A DNA stretch of 64,000 nucleotides from Octopus vulgaris (GCA_951406725.2 OX597820.1:43400001-43464000); one strand, 5' to 3'. Shown: positions 41,612 to 56,126, counted from the stretch's first letter. Program-made: numbers and translations. Notes: generated by a model from the letters alone, not told the origin.

Positions 41612-42205
41612 CGTATAGAAATTGTTTCTTTACACTGGTAGATTGGGAAAACTGAAATTTGGTTAGAGATTCCCTGCGTATTTCTCTATGTGTTCACTCG
41701 AAGGTGTCTGTCTATAACTTGAGAAACGGATCTGTTCCGTATGTAGTGTGGTTCCTCGTGTGACATACTTGCCTGTATAATATAGTTGTGTACAAAACCT
41801 GAACAAGTTATAATATGAATTAAAGTGAAGTTGGTCTTAATTCTGAACCTCTCTTTGTTTGAATTGGAATTCCGTGGATATGAAAAGTGTGGAACATGCC
41901 CCAACCAACTGAAAGGCTTGGAATTCTAATTCAAACAAGAAGAGAGGTCCGCAATTAAGAGCAACTTCACTTGTGTATCCGACAATTTAATTTATGTTAT
42001 AACTTCCTCAGAATGTGGACACAACTATACAGAACAGAGAAGTATATCACTTACAAGGAGAACCTCACTACAAAAGGAACAGTTCCGTTTCCCAAGATAT
42101 AGACAGATACCTTTCAGTTGACACATAGTGAGATATGCAGGAAATCTCCAATCAAATATTCCAGTTTTCCCAATCTGCCAGTGCAAAGAAACAATTTCTG
42201 TGCAA
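41612..42205. mobile_element. Two degenerate Penelope GIY-YIG fragments in head-to-head inverted arrangement
   Basis: + arm ~41880-42205: KCGTCPN...FKQ...IKSNFTCVSDNLIYVITSSECGHNY. The - arm 41612-41872 is a diverged reverse complement. Confidence 0.75.
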
Positions 42206-42592
42206 GGACGTTTAAATATGAACGCATAACCAACTTTGGTCTCAGTATATATTCTAACTCATGATCACATATCCATCATTTTAAACATTTCATCTCACTA
42301 CCTTAGCTCATGAATTTTTGTATGTTTATTTATCCCATCCCAAAAACGAGCTGTGGCCTCCCCTGTCCTAAATAATAACTATCACCAATTACCTCCACTT
42401 AGATTTTTCTACTTGTTGATTCATTCACAAACTATCATACAAGAACATAGACTAAGTTCTCCTTAAGGAAAAAACAAAATCACAATAATTTCAATGCCAT
42501 GATTAGCAAAAGCGAAACCGGTTGACAACTACAATATTCTTTTCTTTTAAAATATATTGAATCTATGTAAAGTGTATGCATTTTCATTCCTT

Positions 42593-42656
<64 letters not shown>

Positions 42657-42789
42657 CTTTACAACTTACCACGTGGGAATAATCGAAATTCAGTACCTCC
42701 AACTTCTTATTCTCTGTTTGTATGTATATATATATAAATATGCATTCATCTGTGTGTGTATGTGCGTGTATGCCTGTGTCTGTGTGTGT

Positions 42790-42975
42790 GTGTTTGTCCA
42801 ACACCGCTATGTGGAAATTGGGGTAGATTTTCGTCCCCGTAAATTAACACTTCGGCCAAATATCCGGTATAATGATTCCTTAATGAAAATAAGTTCTAAG
42901 GTGAATTGACAAAACTCTTTCAAGGCGGTGCGAAAGCATGACCACGATACTATGACGGACACAATTAAAAGGTAA
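42790..42975 (+). mobile_element. Old SINE family B 3' fragment
   Basis: cgtccccgtaaattaacacttcggc...aaggcggtgcgaaagcatgaccac resembles the family B tail. Confidence 0.55.
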
Positions 42976-45039
42976 AAGATAATATATGGTTTAAAACACG
43001 AAATGGTGCTGTCTGTAGCGTATTGGTTGTTAGCGAAAATACTGCTGCCCCTATCAACAATATACGTGAGATATAAGTAGCTGGGTAAGCTATAATTTCT
43101 TGAACGTGTTGAAAAATAAAGCTCTACGTATGTACTCAACCTTCTAAAAGCTATAGCCAAATTTATCTCTTCATGACTTATTGTCATTGAAATTAATATG
43201 TCGGCGAGATTGCCTTTGATGGAAATAGAATTACTCAGAACAATTGCAATATTTGTACATGCAAACTGTAACTCAAAACGGAAAAGCAACCGGTCTAATG
43301 TAACATACACACAAACATATAGAAATAATTTGTAGATGAAAATCCAATGGAGGAGTCTTGGATCTAATTTAGAAATCGACTCTTTGTTTATGGGCAAGGA
43401 ACGTTGAAATAAAATTGAACAGATACACACACACAGCCCCACACGCACGAATAAACACACACAGTCACATACATACACACGCGCATGCATATATTCATTC
43501 ATACATACATACATAATACATACATACATAGAAAAGTTTACAGATGTGTTTACATGTGAGCTTAAATCAATCTATCATTGAGGGATACAAACAAGTCGTA
43601 TCCAAAAAAGAATCAAGATTTATAACTTCGAGCCAACGAGCTACATAGCATGGTCTGACCACGCTGACACCACACTGAACAAAATCACCATTCTAATAAA
43701 AGTCACATCTCGCCACAATATTTAGTTATCGACCAACACATGCAAGAGTGAACCTAGTGAAAATTGTACGCTAGAATCCCTCAAATTTGAAAAAATTTTG
43801 TTAAACGTCTTTTCATTGAAAGAGTGTGTTTGTCTGGAGGTCTCTGGAATGTTATACGGATATCTTGAAGCGTTTGACAAAGTGATTATATTTTTAAAAA
43901 AAGAGGACTGAGGTATGGATAGACAAAACCTGGATATAACACAAGAATAACCCTCTTCACACACTAATTCTTGTCAGTTTTTGGCAAATCTTAAAGCTGA
44001 CAACTTGATAAATTTTGAGGATTGCTACTGATATAAATCTTTTCCGTTCCTTGTATTGTATATACGCTGACAGGTCATCGATTTCAAACGAGACATAGGA
44101 AAACATTCACTACGAGAACGGCTCCTGAAATCCTATTCTAGCACTCGATCTAAACTAGTAAATAAACACGTGAAACTGTGTCAAAAACGGAAGGAAATAT
44201 TTTGAAATAGATGTGTCTGATTAAATTGCAAATAAAGTAACGTTTCTTTTTATTGTTTGTTTATTTTTTGAAATACCGTTTCTTATTGGACAGACTTTGT
44301 ACATAACTACAAATTATATAGAAAACATATTCTACCCTATGAGAAGCGCTCAGGTAAATGATTACAAGTCAGAATACCTTTCACATTCAAATCGGTTATA
44401 AATTTCTCCCTGCTGTCAATTTAATGTTTAACCTTCACAGCATTTCAAATTCTTCGGAAATAATTCCTTAATTTATTATCTTTGCGCGGATTAGACCTAT
44501 TCTAGTAATATATAACATAGTATAGTAACATATTTTTATTTGAAATTCTGACGTAAGTCAATGTATAAATTATGAATTATCAGTTAACGTGGTTTTCTTT
44601 TTAATGTTAATATTAATACAAAATTTTGACAGCAGACATTTATAACAAATATTTTGATATCTTCCTCCATAAAACGATATATGATATCCTGCTAGGTGCA
44701 GTAGTTTTATCAGAAATGCAGGTGAAACGGCTCAAAATATTTTATTCTTTTGATATTCGGATTGTATATTTTCAAATATTTAATGTTTAGTTATGTTAAT
44801 ATATAAAATGTCTTAGGCGATATGATAGATAGTTAGATATATAGATAAAGACATACATGGTTTTATATATATATATATATTGTTATATTTCGGAATGGTC
44901 ATATTGCCAGTTTACACACATATACACACATATATACATGTGTTTGTATACATATATACTTACATATACACCATCATACACGAATATATATCACTAAAAG
45001 TCAAACATTAAGCAATAACTTGATACGAACTAGGTATAA

Positions 45040-45377
45040 CTTTACATATCTTTGAAGCTAAACAAGTTCGAACTCACAACGGATTGGGATGCTCTCTTTG
45101 GTATATAAATTCGCTAAAATTAAAAGCCACATTCTTTTAATGCATATTCCACACTTTTGAAAGAGTGAAGAGCAATACTGCATGTGACAATTCTGTATTG
45201 TATATATAACAACAATATTAGTAATAATAATAATAAATCTAATCGAAACATAATAAATACACAGATAATTAAAGAAATAGAAATGAATAACTATATATAT
45301 GTATGTGTGTATATGTGTGTATATGTGTGTGTGTATATGTGTATATATGTGTGTATATGTGTATATGTATATATGTA

Positions 45378-45420
<43 letters not shown>

Positions 45421-45441
45421 GTATGTGTATGTATGTGTATG

Positions 45442-45483
<42 letters not shown>

Positions 45484-45523
45484 GATTAGATTTATTATTA
45501 TTATTACTAATATTGTTGTTATA
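45040..45523 (-). mobile_element. Possible Penelope-like C-terminal remnant with a perfect 44-bp inverted duplication
   Basis: Minus strand QYCSSLFQKCGICIK...LILAN...ELV resembles the K.C.LC..EK..IL...EL tail of PLE endonucleases; IR 45205-45248 / 45480-45523. Confidence 0.4.
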
Positions 45524-48500
45524 CATACATACAAGCATATGTAATGATAATAATGGGTGGATGTAAACAAGTGAACCGTTAGGTAGTGAACGTTAGCTAA
45601 TGAACATTTTCAACATTTAATATATTAAAATATAATTTAAAGGAAATCAATCATTGGCTCTATATGTAGATGATTGTGTGGACGATACACATGTTCCCTG
45701 GTATAAGGGTGAAGGTGAAATCTGAATTACACCGAATAACAAGTATTACATGAATATCGCCCCTTTTGACTTGGATTTCGAACGTCATTGCGATCACTGA
45801 TAGTTTTCGTTCTTTCGGGGTTGATGCAGTCATCTACAAATTGCTCCTCTAACGTATCGATATGTAAATTCATAAGTATATGTGCTTAATATCCACTGTA
45901 CCTTGTTGAAATAATTCTGTTTGTTAAACATTAAAACTATCAGTCTAGAGACTTAGACCACTTTTATTCTAATCAACCAATCCACTTCCCATATAATAAT
46001 GCTTCAGCGGTATGGTGTCGCACATATATCTTCCACTCGCTCCTGGTGATCATTCTTGTTTCGTCCTTTTTCTTCAGAGACGTTGGAATTTCCACAGGAA
46101 TTCGATTAAGCAAATAGAGGAGAAATTCTTAAGCAAATATAAAGAATACGGAGGCAGGGAATAGAAATATAACACGCTAAATAATTATCAGTACAAAAAC
46201 GTCAAACTTTAACCTAGAATTGCCCTGATAATGGCCTCCATGTTCAGCCTTTGTGACTTATAAAATCTTGTCTGAATAGGGAATATCCCAAACGGAAATG
46301 AAGTGACGTTGCAGAAACATGTATTTCCGGTATGAAGTTCTACAACATCCTAAGTAAGGTCAATGCCGGGGAAAAACAATGACAAGTGAAAAAAGAAAGG
46401 AGACAGAGAGAAAATGAATGACAGAGGAAGAAAAAGAAGAAACGAATGAGTAGAGAAGTGCGAGAAAAGACAGACGCAATTGTATTTCTTTTGGAGTAAA
46501 TAGTTACAATTGTGGCAGTAGTAACTGAAGATCAATCCTATAATAGCAGTTTTACATCGATATATCACTTTCATCTATGATGTATGCGTAACATAATTGC
46601 GTAAAAGAAAAAAGAAGTACAAAATTGCAGTATTTAATTCTATAACTGCAAACCAGGCGACAATCATCTCCCTGTATTAGGCACAGCAATATCATTAATG
46701 GATACAACAATGAGTGAATTGGTTTTGGAGATTATATTAACGCATGTGATTCGATTTTTAAGACGCCGTCATCGTTAATAAAAGCAAAGCATCAGCACAC
46801 TGACTGTTATTGTGAATATTTCTTAATGGTCGCTTGTGTTGTCTAGTGCGGTGTATTGTCATTTATGAAGTGGAGTAGAATGAATTCTACCGCTCTAACT
46901 TATAAACAGTTGAATATATCTCTTGTGAAATATTTCATCTAAAGTGAGTGTTTTTCTTTCGAGAGAAGGAGAAAGAGAGGAAAAGAGAGACAAAGAAACG
47001 GAGAGATTAATCTTATTTTTGTTTACCAAACTCAAGCAACCGATTTTGTCTTAGTCACCACAATATCTAGCACCAAAGAATATCTTAGAACATAAAAAAA
47101 TAACAATCTTGAGAAGAAAAATATATACATAATATTTCATAGAAATTATAATTTTAGTAGTTTATATGAGTTGTAGTTTCTTTTTTTTTTTCATTTTATC
47201 GGTAAAACAATCAAATGTTCGCTACTGTAATTACATATAAATTGTCGTTTATATCTTTTAGTAGTTTTTTTCTTTTTCCTTGTGAAGCAGAGGAAATGTT
47301 GCTATCTATCGATATGTCTACATTTTACGCGTCAGCATGACACCTATCTAGATACTACAATAACATATGTTCGCTGTTACGTCCAGAGACAACAAAATTA
47401 ACATTTTTGTGCTTCCTTGTATATTGTTACAACTCTCTATGAGCATCTGGGCTGAGAAAGAGAGAGAGGTGATGAATAGTATCTAATTCACACGACATTT
47501 TACTCTCAAGTTTCCTTGCCCTAGATATGGAATTACTATTTTACCTTTACGAAAGTCAAAGAATTATTTGCAGAAGGAGTATAGGTTGAAATATAGGACG
47601 GTCACTCAGCTGAGTGCCAGTGACCGTTAAGACGTCACTGGCACCCAGCTGTATCTGCATTTGTCTATCATGACCGAAGGGGATCTTTATCCTTTATAAT
47701 ATATCGTATTTTATCATAGATGGTGCAAATAAAGACGAAGATATCATCAGTTCCGTGCGTTTATTAATACAATACCAGTTTTATAACGTTTTACGAGTTC
47801 ATTCAGCTTTCTGTTAAGCGGTGTATTTGGTAAAGCAATGAGGATGTACATAGATGACTTATTCTTTGATTTGAATGTTCTTGAAGAGTTTCCTTATTAT
47901 ATAACATTAATAAAACTGGATTAAATTAGAAATCCATTACCAGATCTGAGGAAATATCATGTATCCCGTATTTGATAAATCTGCTCTGGTTTCTTTTTCT
48001 TTTTCTTGAAATGAGTCGGGTTTTGAAGACACAAGTGTATTCCACAATTGAATACTGCTCTTATATATGTAGTGGTGATACTGCTGCGTGCACACACATT
48101 CTGCACCGAATTCAGAGAAGGATCACATTCGACTGACTGACATTAAATCACTAGCAGAACTGCTCCAATCGCTGACACCCTAGCGTCTTCTCGCCGAACA
48201 CTATATTTTGTATTACCTCTATAATAGTTTCTGTTCCTCATACATCGTTCATTCAAGTATAGTTTTAACACCCATAAGACATTAAACCAACAACGAGTTG
48301 GTGTTCAAGATTAATTAATCCAGAGAATTTGGTATAGAGAGAGAGAATTCCAGAATATCACAAAAATTACCAAAGATCTCGACGAGAAAATAACCAAGTC
48401 TCAGAGTTTCATAATACAAGGTGATATAATGGATAGTAGTGGTAAGGAATGTGCCAACCGAAACATTACTGCTCGCGCCCATATACCCAAGTGATGTAAA

Positions 48501-48888
48501 CATGCATAGGTGGCAGCAGCAAAAAATGACACTAATATGACCAGATTTAGTAACTGTATAAATAACTACAAAAGCAATAGTAACATACTAGTTAGAACTA
48601 CGATGGTCAATGCACGCAGGAAAAGTAATATCAATAAGAGCACCACTCACGAATAAACTATTAGCGAAGCATGGGATAAGGTTTGGTGTATAACCCATTT
48701 TGTAATGCAATTAAAGTCGAACTTAACTAAGCATTTATTGAATGTCGTAAACAGACACTTTGTTAAGAATAAATAGGTATTCCAATCCTATAAACAGTAG
48801 TACAATAAGGGTAGGTTATAGCCTTACACATAATACCCTCCCTGAATAAATAAATAAATAAATATATATATACATACATATATATATA

Positions 48889-49040
<152 letters not shown>

Positions 49041-49719
49041 TTTCTACTCCAATAGAAACAAAAATAGCATCGACGGCGGTATTAGTAGAAATAATAACAA
49101 TAAACACTACCCCGACCTTAGTACAGAATACACTCATAACCAAAATAACCACTTTAACCTGAATAGACCTAATCCTACCCCACTTGGAAGCAACTACCTC
49201 CACAGAATAACCTATGTGACCATAAGAACAGCAATAATTGTGTCTTCGGTAACACCTGTAAAATTAAAGACGGTATTTATCAATGCACAATCGCAACACA
49301 GTCTAGCAAATTGGGTTATATTGGAGCAACCCAAAATGAAATAAAACAAAGTCTAGCCACGCACCGACATTCTTCTAGAAACAAAAACTTAATTAATTCG
49401 ACTGGTTTAAGTAGGTACGTTTGCGAGCTCAAAGATCTGAAACGATTCTCGAGAAAAATTCATACGTGAGCAGCAAATGAAATGTGGGACCAAATCTGGA
49501 ACTCAATAGAGTATTTAATTATATATCATACATGCTAGCTTAAACATCAGCATATAATGTCGATTAGTGAATATCCAATAGAGTTTTGTGATAAGTAGGT
49601 TTCAGTTAACGAATATTTCGATGATGAGATCCTCATCATATATATATATACGCGCGTTCTCGCGTGAGTAGGTATTTCAAGTAGGTAAGACACTTAGATT
49701 AGTTGGTAGGTCTGTAGTT

Positions 49720-49810
49720 AAGTAGGTAGGTAGGTAGATAGGTAGGTAGGTAGGTAGGTAGGTAGGTAGGTAGGTAGGTAGATAGGTAGGTAGGTAAGTA
49801 GGTAGGCAGG
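49720..49810. repeat. (TAGG)n microsatellite
   Basis: Direct tetranucleotide repeats. Confidence 0.95.
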
Positions 49811-51291
49811 GATGTATATAGCTACGTAGGAAGGTAGGTATGGATGTACGCATTTGAACCCTTCATCTCTAGTTGTAGATTCTCGATAGCGTGTGTATAT
49901 TCAGACGACGAACATGAATAAACTGTTGACTGCATTTTCTCCTTTCGTGTATCCACAGGTTTATACACATGTTTTTATTTATACGTGCGTGTAACATAAA
50001 TTTGTTTTGTTAATTTGTTTACGTGGTGAAATTATAAATATAATTTCTAGTGATAACGACATAGAAGCAAATACAATTGTTAGGATGCTGAGACTGCTGG
50101 CTGGAGAAGGAAGCCGTATGCTTTGTACTTATTAATTACTATTATATTCACATTTAATTATTTTCTTGAAGTCGTACATAAGAAAGAAATTAAATGTTTA
50201 TTTGGGAATATTTAAACCGAAAATTCTTCGTCGTTATTCAATACTAACTTCGTTCTACGTTTTTGTTTCATTATTTCACTATTAAAATCATGTAATAATT
50301 ATAGTCGAATTATGTAAAACTGAAAATGTAGAGTTCTTAAACAAGAACCAGCTGTGAAATCACGCAACAAATTACAAACTAACGTCCTCGAAAACCGGCG
50401 ACACAAACTATATATCTTGAAATTTTTGCACTTTTCTTAGGCCCATCCACTTGGAAGGTTATTTGTGAAATATTTTAGGAAATGGTCTGAGAATTACGTG
50501 GAATATACGTTAAGTAAAACCACCGCTCAATTGTGATCCTACAGAGCTATGGCCATAAATATTTATGTCGTCACCAGTCCAGTATTTCTTTATTTTCATT
50601 CTCACTGATACCTACAGTATCTTGTGAGTTTTTTTCCTAAACAAGATAGGATTGGTCTGAGAAAAGTTTGTCTGGGCGAGCAGCGTAAAAGAAGATCTTT
50701 CGTTGGTTTGTTGTACATAGGGTTGGGGAAATAACGGATAGTAATGATAGAAGAGAGATTTCGCTGATATTTATAATAATATGAGGATAGTAGAGAGCTC
50801 CCACGGTAATTTTTGCGTTATATAAATACTCGAGTGATTCAGATGCATTTTTTAACTAATCCATTAGACGTAGTATAAATCTGTGGTGGGAAATTGGTGT
50901 ATACAGTAACGATATACTATATTGTGTCATTTGTAAAATTAACTATCGTCAATGGCGTTCAGGAAGGATATGGCTTGTAGTTCGTTTTGGTAGTGTGTTA
51001 GTGCAAAATAAGATATAATGTAGCACTGAAGTGCAGTATAGCCTTGGTTGGTATTGTTCTCGTTATAGTTGTTCTTGTTGTTGATGTAGTTCTTCTCCTC
51101 CTCCTTTTTCTTTCTCTTCTTTTCTTCTACATATGAGTTCTTATTTATCGAGTATTCGTGTGATCCAAGTTATTATAATCGTCTTTAGTTTTTCTATTTG
51201 CAGGGAACTTAGAATCACATTGTTCAGCATGCTCTTTCGTATTGTAAGACAGTATAGCGAAATTATACCTCCCTTATTTGCAAGTAATATA

Positions 51292-51523
51292 TATTTCTTT
51301 ACTACCCACAAGGGGCCAAACACAGAGGGGACAAACAAGGACAGACAAAGGGATTAAGTCGATTCCATCAACCCCAGTGCGTAAAGGGTACTTAATTTAT
51401 CGACCCCGAAAGGATGAAAGGCAAAGTCGACCTCGGCGGAATTTGAACTCAGAACGTAACGGCAGACGAAATACGACTTCGCATTTCGCCCGGTGTGCTA
51501 ACGTTTCTGCCAGCTCGCCGCCG
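51292..51523 (-). mobile_element. SINE family A with perfect 15-bp TSD
   Basis: TSD tttgcaagtaatata at 51277-51291 and 51524-51538. Confidence 0.95.
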
Positions 51524-51900
51524 TTTGCAAGTAATATAGTGTAATATTTCAAATACTATTACTACTTTCTTTTTTCTTTCATACCCATACAAAACATTTT
51601 TATAATTTCTCAAACCACCTAAACAATACGTGGATTAGCCTTTTAATATTGCATTTGTTAGACAAAAAAAAATTTTAAATTTAAAATGTAACTGGTAATA
51701 TAAGAACCATATTCTTTTCATGGTCCCATACTGAAGATTTACAATATAGAAACACATATTGGTTAATAGATATAGATCTATTGGAAAATATTGATATCGA
51801 ATATACTAACGATATATCTTGAGTGACATACTATAGGACTTTTGAGGTAGAGAAAATAAAAAATCAAATTCTCTTTAATATCGTAAACTCTGTTGTATGT

Positions 51901-52042
51901 GAAGGCGTGTGGCTTAGAGGTTGAGGTCTTGAGCTCATGATCGCAAGATTGTGATTTCAATTCCTGGACCGGGGTATGCGTTGTGTTCTTGAACAAAACA
52001 TTTCATTTTACGATGCTCTAGTTCACTCAGCTGCAGAAATGA
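51901..52042 (+). mobile_element. tRNA-derived SINE head plus conserved central domain (family D, truncated)
   Basis: A box tggcttagagg, B box atttcaattcc, then ttgtgttcttgaacaaaacatttc...cactcagctg. Confidence 0.6.
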
Positions 52043-52934
52043 AATTAACCTGGAAAGGGGTGGACTCCACCAGGCTCTCTCGCCCTAAACACGCTGCACC
52101 GCTGCACTGCTCCAATGACTCTCAAGGGGTTAAGGGACTTGTCGTTTGTCAACTCTGTACATACAGGTCTAACACAATCTACACAAAATGTATTCGCAGC
52201 GCGAAAGTTTGTGCTCTGATTGCAGTGCCTAGTCATAAAATATTGAATTATCATGTGGCAGTGAGGTATAATAGAATGCAACGAGGTTTACTATGTTAAG
52301 GAAGAAAGCGTGTGTTTATAAATACGGTTGATTTTAGTATAATGAAATGTTGTGCTGTAAAGCTGTTTTAGTGTGTTATAAAGATGCGCTATGGTGTAGG
52401 CCAACCGATAAAGTTAGTAATGTGATGCGATGGTTTAATTTAGTTTTGAGAAGTGATGCAGTGATAAAATGTCCACTTGTGGTGTTGTTGACAGTATCAA
52501 GTAATGTGATAACGAACCGGGGCTATGAAAAATGTATCTGCTCAACAAGAATTGTAGTGTGACGGCAATCGAAACCACATTGGGGGAAGCAAACTATTTC
52601 ACTAGAATGCCCCTCATACGTCCATAGATATGGGTCAAATTAGGTGTTGGCAGCGTTATCACACTGAATGGATTTCCAGTATGCGTTCGTTGAGTTGATT
52701 TTTGTTTCCTAATTATGAGATTGATTGATTCCTGATTTTAGATTTCCAAATCTGCTTATGAGTAAAGTTTTAGAAATAAAACTCTGAGACGGTCACTGTG
52801 TCATTCTGAACATACTTCGGAATTGGTTTAATATTACTTGTGACTGTGGGGCACTCGGCCGTTTCGTACACAAATTTAGTGATTAGGTTGTTAACTTGAT
52901 AGAAAAACTGGAGGCTCATGTATCGAAATAGACA

Positions 52935-53331
52935 GGCGCAGGAGTGGCTGTGTGCTAAGTAGCTTGTTTACCAACCACATGGTTCCGGGTTCAGTCCCAC
53001 TGTGTGGCACCTTGGGCAAGTGTCTTCTACTATAGCCTCGGGCCGACCAAAGCCTTGTGAGTGAATTTGGTGGACGGAAGCTGAAAGAAACCCATCGTGT
53101 ATATGTAGATACATATGTGTGTGTGTGTTTGTGTCTGTGTTTGTCCCCCTAGCATTACTTGACAACCGATACTAGTGTTGTTATGTCCCCGTTACTTAGT
53201 GGTTCGGCAAAAGAGACCGATATAATAAGTACTGGGTTTACAAAAGAATAAGTTCCGTGTTGGTTAGAGTTGCTCGATTAAAGGCGGTGCTCCAGAATGG
53301 CCGCAGTCAAAATGACTGAAACAAGTAAAAG
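52935..53331 (+). mobile_element. SINE family B, full-length
   Basis: ggcgcaggagtggctgtgtg, gggttcagtccc (B-box-like), CORE-like ccttgggcaagtgtctt, internal TG microsatellite, tail ggcggtgctccagaatggccgcagtcaaaatgactgaaacaagtaaaag. Confidence 0.92.
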
Positions 53332-53826
53332 TGTAGAACAGTCATTCAACGAGATGTAATGTTGTAGTGAGAAAATATAATGTCGTATAGCGTCCTGTAG
53401 GGAGGTAATAAAGTGTAATATTGTTGTTGGTGGTGGTGGTGTTGACGTTGTTGTTGCTGCTGCTGCTACTCTTGTGGTTGTCGCTGCTGTTATTATCCGC
53501 GTCGTTACTGTTGTATTTGTTGCCTAGCAGTATGTCAAAGCTGAGCAAGTTCTATGATCAAAGGCATTCCTATAGCTAGCTACGACCATAACGCTTTATG
53601 TTTCAGACAGGAATGTCTCAAACTACATTATCTAATCTGTCAACCAATTCATAATTTAAGAAGGTTGGTGTGCGAGTTGGGTGGTTTGGTTGTTGTTTCC
53701 ATTCGATCAAGCCACAACGCAGAGGTAATTTCGGTCAACCATGAGGCATAATGTACTTTAATGCTTCATATGTACTTTAGTGTGATATAAATGAAATTTG
53801 CGTAATGTACTTTAGTGTTCTAATGT

Positions 53827-54209
53827 GGAGGCGCAATGGCCCAGTGGTTAGGGCAGCGGACTCGCGGTTGTTGGATCGCGGTTTCGATTCTCAGACCAGG
53901 CTAGGTGAGTGTTTATTGAGCGAAAACACCTAAAGCTCCACGAGGCTCTGGCAGGGATGGTGGTGATCCCTGCTGTACTCTTTCACCACAACTTTCTCTC
54001 ACTCTTACTTCCTGTTTCTGTTGTAACTGTATTTCAAAGGGCCGGTCTTGTCACTCTCTGTGTCACGCTGAATATCCCCGAGAACTACGTTAAGGGTGCA
54101 CGTGTCTGTGGAGTGCTCCGCCACTTACACGTTAATTTCACGAGCAGGCTGTTCCGTTGATCGGATCAACCGGAACCCTCGTCGTCGTAACCGACGGAGT
54201 GCTTCCACC
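53827..54209 (+). mobile_element. tRNA-derived SINE, family C, with 13-bp TSD
   Basis: A box tggcccagtgg, B box gtttcgattct; TSD agtgttctaatgt (53814-53826) / agtattctaatat (54210-54222). Confidence 0.88.
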
Positions 54210-54836
54210 AGTATTCTAATATAATATTCATGTGTATGTCATTGCTGCCGTTGTTCTTGTTTAGCTTCAGGTCAGTCTTGGGTAGCTAGTCGGATATCTT
54301 AGTGGCAACAGTGTTATATGGCTGCTGTGTCCAACATGCCGAATAAAGCATATGAGGGTAATTCCAGGAAATTGGAGAATTATTCAGGAGAGATATTAAT
54401 TTTAAGGTACAAAACTCCAATCTCCTTCAATGTAAGGACCTCAGACTTCAATCCCCTTTGTGGTAGCACTCCATCCACTTCGTAAAGAAACCATGGAAAT
54501 CGTAAAATTGAAGGTGTCGTAGAACCCTGTCACAGCCCCTATATTTTCAATGTTTTGAAAATTATTGCCCTGAAATTATACTTATTAAGTTGTCTCAGGT
54601 TGTAATGTCTTAAATATTGAAGATACTTTAAGAAATTAATGATGCTACATTTAAGATGCCTGATTGTCTATCAAAGAACCTCCAGAGGTCACATACGAAA
54701 ATGTGAAGAGAAAAAGTAACAAAGATATAAGACGCTCATGGACGTGATTAAAAACGAAGTGCGCACGCTCACCAGACTATATATGGACGTGTATGTATAT
54801 ATAAATAGGTTTCTCGTGTGCGCAAGTGTGTGCTAA

Positions 54837-54880
<44 letters not shown>

Positions 54881-54932
54881 CATACATGCATACATACATA
54901 AATATAGATATATATATATATAGTATAATATA

Positions 54933-54982
<50 letters not shown>

Positions 54983-55002
54983 ATATTAATTAGCACACAC
55001 CT

Positions 55003-55140
55003 TTCTGAAGCAAGTTAGACTGGTATTTTTTTTGTAAGCCAGCTTTGATCTTGTGCCGCCAAGATGAAACATTCAGACACTGCTTTCAGACCTGAGCTTC
55101 TCAGCCACTGGTGAGTTGTTGCTTGGTGGACATCAGCATT
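55003..55140 (-). mobile_element. R4/Dong-like RLE LINE internal fragment
   Basis: [35 protein letters not shown] matches the WL....LK.ETEG.I.AAQDQ.L.T motif; abuts a (TAA)n/(GAT)n tract at 55141-55400. Confidence 0.7.
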
Positions 55141-55163
55141 TCGATTATCATTTTTATTATCAC

Positions 55164-55224
<61 letters not shown>

Positions 55225-55238
55225 ATCATTATTATTAC

Positions 55239-55280
<42 letters not shown>

Positions 55281-55331
55281 TATCATTATTATTATTATCA
55301 TCATCATCATCATTATCATCATCATCATTAT

Positions 55332-55370
<39 letters not shown>

Positions 55371-55484
55371 AATCATCATTATTATTATTATTATTGTTCT
55401 TGTTCTTGTTGTTATAATTCTTTTGGAGTCGATACATTAAGTACCAGTTATACTTAAGTACCCACACAGATAAATAAATATGTG

Positions 55485-55552
<68 letters not shown>

Positions 55553-55812
55553 TATATACATATATGTATATATATGTATATATATATATATATACGTATA
55601 TAAAAGTGCATATATTAATGTGAGTGTGTTTGTATCTGTTGTGTCTGTGTGAATCTGCAGATATAGCGAGCTATTAAATTCTTCGAAATGCATTCTACCA
55701 AATATACCGGGATTCACATTCTCTCACTGCAAACTCATACAATCAAACATACATACACAAGGGGGTGCACACGCACACACACACACACGTACACCAATGT
55801 ATATATATATGC

Positions 55813-55859
<47 letters not shown>

Positions 55860-55922
55860 TATATACATATATATATATGTATGTGTGTATCTGTCTATAC
55901 ATATAAATATGTATATTCGTAT

Positions 55923-55987
<65 letters not shown>

Positions 55988-56042
55988 TATACATATATAT
56001 GTACATAGATATATGCATATGTATGTATATATATACATATAA

Positions 56043-56126
<84 letters not shown>

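Noticed and set aside
42807-43529. 240-aa minus-strand ORF
   Set aside because: Starts in a microsatellite, ends antisense to a SINE remnant, and has no recognisable domain
46045-46085. Minus-strand CTGAAGA...GAAA
   Set aside because: Stem II cannot pair and stem I is absent
52045-52132. Mini piggyBac (TTAACC...GGGGTTAA)
   Set aside because: Terminal inverted repeat match is too short to support
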